NCBI GenBank assembly: GCA_050633305.1
Contig: JBOEGF010000046.1
Coordinates: forward strand, 1-22,290
From: Nannocystales bacterium
GTDB taxonomy: Bacteria > Myxococcota_A > Polyangia > Nannocystales > Nannocystaceae
Reading direction: 5' to 3'
Length of the DNA: 22,290 bases
The notes under the pieces are model-generated. The model was not told the origin of the DNA. It did not search any database and saw nothing but the letters and a program-made list of their open reading frames with translations. A program made the translations under genes and the position numbers. Position 1 is the stretch's first letter. Each line of letters starts with the position of its first letter. Positions 16,324 through 22,290 of the stretch are shown one piece after another.

Positions 16324-17064
16324 TCATGGTTGAGAACGCGCAGAGAGTTCTGTGACGCGGTTCTCGAACTGGTCGAGGACGAAAGTCCTGTCGAATGAGC
16401 CGCGGTGAAGGTTCATCGCAGACCATCGGTCGACCATGATGTGATCTTGCCGGCTCCCTCCAACGGTCACGAGGAGCCAGACGTCCTTGCCGCCGCGCTC
16501 CTTGGTGCCGCGTCGGTAGGCGTCAATCTTCTTCGATTTCTTGTTGATCGAGCTTTGGACCCACACTTCCGGCCTTTCTCCGCGACCTGTACTTCCTGCC
16601 CGAATGACTTGGGGTGGGGTGAACGGAACGATCGCAACGTGCCGAACCCAGAACATCCCGCGAGCCTCCAGTACCGGGGTGTCGAAGCCCGTGTACTCCG
16701 AGACCGCGCCAACCTCCGCGGCGAGATTGAGCAGTTGCTCGACCGCGCGCGCTTGGCCGGCCGAACCGCTTGCGTGCTCCGCTTGCGTGTCGCTGAAGCT
16801 TAGCCACAGGGAGACCGGCGGGAAGTCTGCTGGAAGGCTCCGGTTTGCGAGGGCGATCAGGCGGTCTTCGATGCTTTGAGATTTGGCGATGTGCGGGAGC
16901 GTGGCACTGGTGACTTCAAGTCCGACCCGCTCCGCTCTCGACTCAATCATCGCATCAGGTGTCTCTGATTGGTCCCCTAGAGCCCATCGGCCGCCGTCGG
17001 GCCATAGCTCGAGGAAAATGAGGATCATGCGTCGTTCTTCTTCGCTTCTGCCTTTGCGTGTCAT
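16324..17064 (-). CDS. Putative PD-(D/E)xK-like (restriction endonuclease fold) protein
   Basis: SETPDAMIESRAERVGLEVT, followed by SINKKSKKIDAY...VWLLV...FDRTFVLD; opposite strand to its neighbours. Confidence 0.6.
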   Translation of the reverse strand: MTRKGRSEEERRMILIFLELWPDGGRWALGDQSETPDAMIESRAERVGLEVTSATLPHIAKSQSIEDRLIALANRSLPADFPPVSLWLSFSDTQAEHASGSAGQARAVEQLLNLAAEVGAVSEYTGFDTPVLEARGMFWVRHVAIVPFTPPQVIRAGSTGRGERPEVWVQSSINKKSKKIDAYRRGTKERGGKDVWLLVTVGGSRQDHIMVDRWSAMNLHRGSFDRTFVLDQFENRVTELSARSQP

Positions 17065-17186
17065 GAGTGGTGGGGCTGGCGGGCGGACCAGGTCGCGAAG
17101 TTGGTGCGGTTAGGATGGAACCGGTGGCGCTCTCGGCGAGGGTACCAAGTTGGTCGAGCCGGTTGCCGCGCTCGGGCTCGTCCGCC

Positions 17187-17242
17187 TTCAGTCACGTTTC
17201 CCCGTTAAAGCGTGATCGAAGCCGAGGCGGAAACGTGACCGA
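17187..17242. other. 34-bp dyad site B (17187-17220, inverted relative to A) plus an extra arm (17229-17242)
   Basis: The reverse complement of 17187-17220 is ttcgatcacgcttt-aacggg-gaaacgtgactgaa; the extra arm is ggaaacgtgaccga. Confidence 0.7.
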
Positions 17243-17305
17243 GCGGCGGAGCCGCGCGGTGGAGACTCGGCTCGACGTCGGCGCTGGACGTCGTACCTTG
17301 GCGGC

Positions 17306-17527
17306 ATGGACAAGGCCGCGGAAGACCTGCGCGAGGCGACGGACCGGTACTTCCGGGTGCAGGCCGTGGCGTTCGTGCGGCGGAAGGCGAAGGGGCCGGC
17401 TGATCCTGGCTTCGAGCCGTTGAGCGACGATGAGCTGGCGGCGTTGGAGGAGCTGGTGTCCGCGATCGAGGACGTTCGGGAGGTGCAGGCCGGCTGGGTC
17501 GCGGCCGGCCGGCCGTCGCTGGGTTGA
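17306..17527 (+). CDS. Small hypothetical helical protein (73 aa)
   Basis: Clean ORF with GC-biased third codon positions, between site B and the recombinase remnant. Confidence 0.55.
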   Translation: MDKAAEDLREATDRYFRVQAVAFVRRKAKGPADPGFEPLSDDELAALEELVSAIEDVREVQAGWVAAGRPSLG

Positions 17528-17541
17528 GCGTTTTGGCTTTT

Positions 17542-17992
17542 AAACGGGATCGCCGGATGCGGTCATGGTCGTCATGAGGCAGCTCGCGAATCGACTTCTT
17601 CGCACCGGTGCGTTCTCGAGGTCCGTCGGCGGAGGGCAGGGCGCTCGCGGGGCCATCCTCTATAGAGGCAAAGGCGGGGCGGGACCTGCCACCCGAGGTC
17701 TACACGCGAGACGAGGTGCAGCGGTTGCTCGACGGGCCGCTGGGACGCAACGAGAAGACGCGGACGCAAACGGGATCGCCGGATGCGATCATGACCGTGA
17801 TGACGCAGCTCGCGGTCGACTTCTCCGCGCCGGCGCGTCCTCGAGGTTCGTCGGCGAAAGGGCAGGGGTCCTGCGGGGCCACCCCACATAAAGGCAAAGG
17901 CGGGGCGGGACCTTCCGCCCGAAGTCTACACGCGGGACGAGGAGCAGCGGTTGCTCGATGGGCCGCTGGGGGCAGCGAGAAGACGCGGGCGC
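17542..17992 (+). repeat. Diverged head-to-tail duplication of about 225 bp (17542-17767 and 17768-17992) covering the recombinase 5' end
   Basis: Both copies start aaacgggatcgccggatgcg and end cgagaagacgcgg(a/g)cgc, with many substitutions and indels. Confidence 0.93.
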
Positions 17993-18499
17993 GGAGCCGG
18001 GCGCTGTTGGTGGTGATGTGGCGAGCCTGGCTTCGGGTGAGCGAAGCTCTCGACCTGCGCATGGAAGACCTGCGGCCCGGCGAGGGCGGGGTTGGGTGCG
18101 GCGAGGCAAGGGCGGCAAACCACGTCTCGCAGGGATGGACCCGGAGTCGTTCGAGGCGTTGCAGCCTTGGCTCGAGCTTCGGGCCGGTTTCGACCTCGGT
18201 CCCCGGTCTTCTGCACGTTCATGGGCCGCGAGGTGCAGTCGCGCTACGTCCACCACATGTGCCGGCGGTTGCGGTCGAAGCTGGGGTTGTCGAAGCGGGT
18301 GCACGCCCATGCACTGCGGCACACGCATGCGCACGAGCTGTTCCGCGAAGGCATGGCGACCAAGCTGATACAGCTGCAACTCGGGCACGCGCGGCTGGAC
18401 TCGACCGACGTGTACCTGCGTCGGATCGGCGCCAACGAGGCCGTGGCGGTTGTTCGAGCGCGTCCGATTGTCGGAATACTTCGAGGAGAGGGTGGATAA
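17565..18499 (+). pseudogene. Frameshifted tyrosine recombinase (short XerC/D/FimB-like catalytic domain)
   Basis: Across frames: LPPEVYTRDEVQRLL, RALLVVMWRAWLRVSEALDL, VRRGKGGKPR, PVFCT, HAHALRHTHAHEL, IQLQLGHARLDSTDVYL; at least three frameshifts. Confidence 0.88.
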
Positions 18500-18506
18500 C
18501 TAGAGC

Positions 18507-19385
18507 ATGGGGACTGTGATCGTTGTTTGGATGCTTGCGGTGTTTGGTGGGGCTCTGCCTCTCGCCTCGGAAGATGGTGGGTCCCTCCAGGATGCGGTGC
18601 GCAGCGAGGGGGAACTGTCAGACGACGACAAGCGCCAGATCTACCGGGAGGCCTCCGAGCATTGGAAAACGCTCGCAGCCAAGCTTGCCTCGGGGGAGGA
18701 ACTCGACGCCGAGGAGGAGGGGATGCTCCGCTACGCAAGAAAGGGCCGCATTGGCCGACGTGCTCTCGTGGTTGGCGGAAGCCCGAAGGTTCGTTTCTAT
18801 CGTGCCCCCGTCAAGGCTGGGCGAAGCCTCTCGATCGGTGCGTTCCCGTTTGGAAAGAGCGTTCTGTACTGCAAGGTCAGGAAGGGGAGGGACGGGAACC
18901 TGTGGTACCGCGTCACGGACAGCAAGCTTGGTTGTCAGCTGTCGCAGCCCGTATGGGTGAGGGCGTACAGCGATAGTGGGCTTCCTCTGGTCTACTGGTC
19001 TTCGGTCGACCGAGGGCGATTTGCTTTCATGTCACGAGAAGGAGGGAGGGGGAGTCGCGCATACGGAGGTCGATCTCGTCGAATGAAGCGGGAGGGCGTT
19101 CAGAGACTTGAGCCCGGCGACCCCGCTGTCGAAGCGGTGAAAGACTGTACCGTCTCGTGGGCTGTCGGGCGGACGGCATCGGTCTTCGCGGGTGGGGATG
19201 CTGTCACAGCGACCGCCATCGGATCGCTCCTCGGAACAGCTGCGACTTCTGATTCGATGGATGAGTTCGAGGACGGTGTGCCCAAGGGGCTTGTGGCCTC
19301 GGCCGCTGGCGCTGCGGCAGGCAAGCTGGCTGGCGGTGTGTTGGGGGCGGGTGTCGAGATCGGAGTCTGCGTGGCGCTTTACTAG
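18507..19385 (+). CDS. Exported hypothetical protein with a C-terminal Gly/Ala zipper
   Basis: Signal-like N-terminus; basic beta-rich middle; ends GLVASAAGAAAGKLAGGVLGAGVEIGVCVALY. Confidence 0.65.
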   Translation: MGTVIVVWMLAVFGGALPLASEDGGSLQDAVRSEGELSDDDKRQIYREASEHWKTLAAKLASGEELDAEEEGMLRYARKGRIGRRALVVGGSPKVRFYRAPVKAGRSLSIGAFPFGKSVLYCKVRKGRDGNLWYRVTDSKLGCQLSQPVWVRAYSDSGLPLVYWSSVDRGRFAFMSREGGRGSRAYGGRSRRMKREGVQRLEPGDPAVEAVKDCTVSWAVGRTASVFAGGDAVTATAIGSLLGTAATSDSMDEFEDGVPKGLVASAAGAAAGKLAGGVLGAGVEIGVCVALY

Positions 19386-19675
19386 AGACCGCTGTTGCTC
19401 GGGCTGCCTGATCTGCGTGACGGTGGTTGTCCTTGCGCGGGGCTGCAGCCTCGGACCGCACAGAATGAGCGAGCTGGCGAGCGGTGTCACGTACAAGCTG
19501 CTCAAGTGGTTGTTGGGGACTGGAGGTTCACGCTGGACTCGCAGAGGGCCGCTCGGGAGAGGGGGTGGGTCCCCGAGGGCGCCCTTCGCTCATTTTAGGA
19601 TGCTGGCACCCTCGGATGGATGACCGAATCGTAGATCGAAACGGATGAGGGGCCACGAGGCGCCGAGGTCACCCG

Positions 19676-20299
19676 CTACTCGATGCTGAGGGTCATGTGA
19701 GGGCTCAGAGTTTCGCTTTGCGTCACGTCCTGAGTGGCAACGACCTGCAGGCGGTTGTTGGGGCCGAGCTCGACGCGGGTGACTTTGACCATGTAGCCCC
19801 CGTTTTCCCCGACCAGCGTGATCAGGGTGCCCGGGAGCGGCGGTTGTTCCGAGAAGACGCCATGGCTCCGGTCGGCCTCGAGCAGCTCGAACTTTTGGGC
19901 GGGGTGGGGCGGAGCCGCGGTGTCGTAGTTCGACAACAAGTCAGACGCCGTCGTTTCGATGGTGGATGCCTGACGTACGAGCTGGCTCTTCTGGCGGGTC
20001 TTGGGGTCGTCGCTGACGATGTCGAAGTCGCCTACGTGGGGGGACTCGAAGATCCTCTTGATCGCCAGAAGATCGGCGAGCTTGTTGGCCGATGCGACGA
20101 CCGTGCTCTTCCACTGCGAGCGCACGCGCCTCGAATCCTTGGTGCCGATGTCTTCGGCGCTCTCGATCAATAGGCCGCCCGAATCATCGAGATGGGTTCC
20201 GGACTCGACTTCGGCGAGGTGGATCCGAAGGGTATCGTGGAGCGTCCGGATCGAACGCCAGTCGATGGTGGCTGAACCTTCCTGGTTGGGAGATGTCAT
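19676..20299 (-). CDS. Hypothetical protein (207 aa from MTSPNQEG)
   Basis: Protein-like composition with a helical N-terminus and a small beta C-terminus; the upstream extension of the ORF runs into a palindrome, so the later ATG was chosen. Confidence 0.6.
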   Translation of the reverse strand: MTSPNQEGSATIDWRSIRTLHDTLRIHLAEVESGTHLDDSGGLLIESAEDIGTKDSRRVRSQWKSTVVASANKLADLLAIKRIFESPHVGDFDIVSDDPKTRQKSQLVRQASTIETTASDLLSNYDTAAPPHPAQKFELLEADRSHGVFSEQPPLPGTLITLVGENGGYMVKVTRVELGPNNRLQVVATQDVTQSETLSPHMTLSIE

Positions 20300-20346
20300 C
20301 CCCAAGAGTGTAGGCGTGCTCGGGCCTGTGCGCGAAAATCGCGGGT

Positions 20347-20376
20347 GGGGAGTGATAATTCTTTTTATCACTCCCC
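20347..20376. other. Perfect 12+6+12 palindrome with an ATAA-N6-TTAT core (dif/Xer-like site or operator)
   Basis: ggggagtgataa-ttcttt-ttatcactcccc, in a divergent intergenic region. Confidence 0.7.
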
Positions 20377-20519
20377 GTTTGGTTCTCGCCCATGATCGAA
20401 AACGATCACCCGGGCCGGCTCGGGGCAGGGCTCTTCGACCCTCGAGGCGTTAACCGCGCGGCCGGACTCGCCCTCAAAGCCCTCGACCTCGATCCCCGTC
20501 TATAGAAGGATGGTCGGCG

Positions 20520-20849
20520 ATGGCGACTCGGTGGGATGACACGCAGCGTCGGTGGCTTGTGGGTGGCGAGGCTGTGCACGCCGGGGCGGCGATGGAGATG
20601 CAGGGCAGGGTGCCCGTCGGTCACGATGAGGATGGCGAGCCGCGGACGGAGCCCGGCGAGTGGTTCACCGTGCGGATCGAGAGCCGGGGCGGTGGGCGGG
20701 TGCTCGATGCGTACGCCGAACTCCACGGGGTGACGTTCTGCGCTCGGGCGGTCGCGGGCTTCGACGGCGACGGATCGTTCGCGGTGTTCGGGCTGCGGTG
20801 GCCGGCGGCCAGAGGTGGCCGGGTCATCGAAGGGAGGTTCGGACGGTGA
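20520..20849 (+). CDS. Small beta-rich protein, DUF5348-like
   Basis: RWLVGGEAVHAGAAMEM...GEWFTVRIE resembles my recollection of the DUF5348 pattern; gaagga upstream. Confidence 0.55.
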   Translation: MATRWDDTQRRWLVGGEAVHAGAAMEMQGRVPVGHDEDGEPRTEPGEWFTVRIESRGGGRVLDAYAELHGVTFCARAVAGFDGDGSFAVFGLRWPAARGGRVIEGRFGR

Positions 20850-20944
20850 GCGGGACGGCAGTGAAGACGCCAGCGGAACGAAGAAGCGGCCCGCCCGCAG
20901 GAGGCCTTGTCGTCTTGGTTCCCTGCGAGTCCAACGAGGTTGGA

Positions 20945-21487
20945 CTAGGGGCGGGAGTTTTGCCCCTTGGTCGGAAGGGCTCGGCTGTCGATCGGCGAGG
21001 AATCATCAGCCTCCGGGTTGAGGCGGCTCGGCCCGGAGAACTCGACGGAATGCGGTTGAGTTGCCATCTCTGAGAGGCGGTTTGCGATCTCAGTCGAGAG
21101 CTTGAGGCTGCTCTCGAGACCTCCGAGCCGGCCTTCGAGGTTCGAAATCTTCGTTTCAAGGGGGGTGACTCTGTCGGCAGAGAAGCCGTCGAAGCGGCCT
21201 CTTAGAGCTGCTTGCTCTCCCTCGAGCCTCGCGGTTCTCGGGTCCAAGCTTTTTAACGACTTCACTACGACGTCAAGTCCTTCGAGATTGCCGGAGGTCT
21301 TCTGCGCCCGATCCTCGATCTCTCGGAGCCGTGTCTCGGTCGAGTCGATTCTCGATCGCACAGTCGCGAGCAAGTCCGCGAACAGTTGTTTCTGGTGCTC
21401 AAGCTGTTGCCCGATGGTGATGGAAGCTTTGTAGGCCGCCTTTGCCTCCGTCAGGGCATCTTTGGCGACGTCTGCCCAGCCCCCCAC
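20945..21487 (-). CDS. Coiled-coil hypothetical protein (180 aa)
   Basis: Heptad runs such as RIDSTETRLREIEDR and LETKISNLEGRLGGLESSL; its GTG overlaps the TAG of the upstream gene; aagaagg RBS. Confidence 0.7.
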   Translation of the reverse strand: MGGWADVAKDALTEAKAAYKASITIGQQLEHQKQLFADLLATVRSRIDSTETRLREIEDRAQKTSGNLEGLDVVVKSLKSLDPRTARLEGEQAALRGRFDGFSADRVTPLETKISNLEGRLGGLESSLKLSTEIANRLSEMATQPHSVEFSGPSRLNPEADDSSPIDSRALPTKGQNSRP

Positions 21488-21918
21488 TAGTTGGTGCCTT
21501 CTTGGAGCGCTGATAGCGTTTCTTCGAGGAGGCCTGTGAGAGTTCGTGCTGACGCAGCTGCGCGTTCAAGGTTCTCAGTTGTTTCCCGGAATAGGGATGC
21601 TGCCTGTCCGAAGATTTCTTCGGGGTAGGGGTCTGGGGTCTGGAGCGGGCTGATGGGCGCAAACTCGACCGGGTCGGAAGGCGCCAGCTCAACCAGGTTC
21701 TCCCATTCCGTGGTGGCTGCCTTGGCTACGGAGAAGAGCGTCATGCTGTTGCTGAGTGTCATCACCCTGGTCTGCCACTTGACGATACTTTTCGAGGTCG
21801 TCCTGGAGCGCCCCTGGAAACTCCAGATCTTCGGGGGCTTCTTCTTCCGTCGCTTCCCGGCGAGGCCTGGGAGATCCGCTGGATTCCCACTGGCAGGTGC
21901 TTCGCTTTCCACGGCCAT
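21487..21918 (-). CDS. Hypothetical protein with a C-terminal helix (start uncertain)
   Basis: TAGTG coupling to the coiled-coil gene; amphipathic C-terminus. Confidence 0.5.
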   Translation of the reverse strand: MAVESEAPASGNPADLPGLAGKRRKKKPPKIWSFQGRSRTTSKSIVKWQTRVMTLSNSMTLFSVAKAATTEWENLVELAPSDPVEFAPISPLQTPDPYPEEIFGQAASLFRETTENLERAAASARTLTGLLEETLSALQEGTN

Positions 21919-22290
21919 CTAGACAACGATGACAGATGCTTCCTTTGCTCGCTAGCTCCTAGCGAAAACCCTCTAGGGTGACATCGTCCACATGGGGGAC
22001 ACTTCTTCTGGGGGTTCTGTTCCGCGCCACATCTTTTGCCGGGCGAATTGACCTCTGGGGCCGAGGCTACCGCCGTCCTCTGGGCCGCTGTCCGCTATTC
22101 CGGCCACATGTGCGTCTCTACTTTTTCGATTAGGGCCGGCTGGCGTTTGTGGGGGCGGTTTCGAGGCTGACGCCGCGAGCTTGATGGGAGACTAGCTAGG
22201 TGGGCGGCAGGCGAAGATTGTTGGGGCGCTTCTTGCGAAGGAGCTGGGGCTAGGTGGGGGCGCTGGTGGGTAAGTCCTCGCCCTGGCGGG

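Noticed and set aside
16275..17242. CRISPR array or integron attC sites
   Set aside because: Only two full sites, inverted and about 900 bp apart; no cas genes and no attC-type boxes.
17608..18519. Intact 303-aa recombinase ORF
   Set aside because: The catalytic motifs are spread across three frames.
22271..22290. Circular junction with the window start
   Set aside because: Only a 9-bp match (gccctggcg) to 27-35, and the 8-bp phase does not continue convincingly.

Overview
GC-rich accessory DNA that looks myxobacterial (inferred from the FHA-sigma54 activator, membrane Ser/Thr kinases, Cys-rich lipoprotein and STAS/SEC14 protein) and plasmid- or island-like. From left to right it holds: (1) a type Ib partition locus (8-bp periodic centromere-like array, parA, ribbon-helix-helix partner); (2) a second, decayed RHH gene interrupted by a 423-bp internally deleted IS3; (3) an FHA-domain sigma54 enhancer-binding protein; (4) an operon of two membrane Ser/Thr kinases, an exported membrane-anchored protein and a Cys-rich lipoprotein; (5) an operon of three small coupled ORFs, vgrG, a TMD-PAAR-TMD effector-like protein and a tandem PsbP/DUF1795-like protein; (6) a mosaic right arm with a PD-(D/E)xK-like gene flanked by inverted 34-bp recombination-like sites, a frameshifted tyrosine recombinase, a symmetric dif-like palindrome and hypothetical genes. 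The key observation is that operons 4 and 5 are each preceded by a pair of CTCG-N6-CGAG boxes followed by a sigma54 -24/-12 element. This suggests a self-contained mobile circuit in which kinases signal through the FHA activator to switch on an orphan T6SS spike/effector module. No rep, relaxase, hcp or core T6SS genes are recognisable in the window. All family calls are from motif recognition by eye, without database searches.
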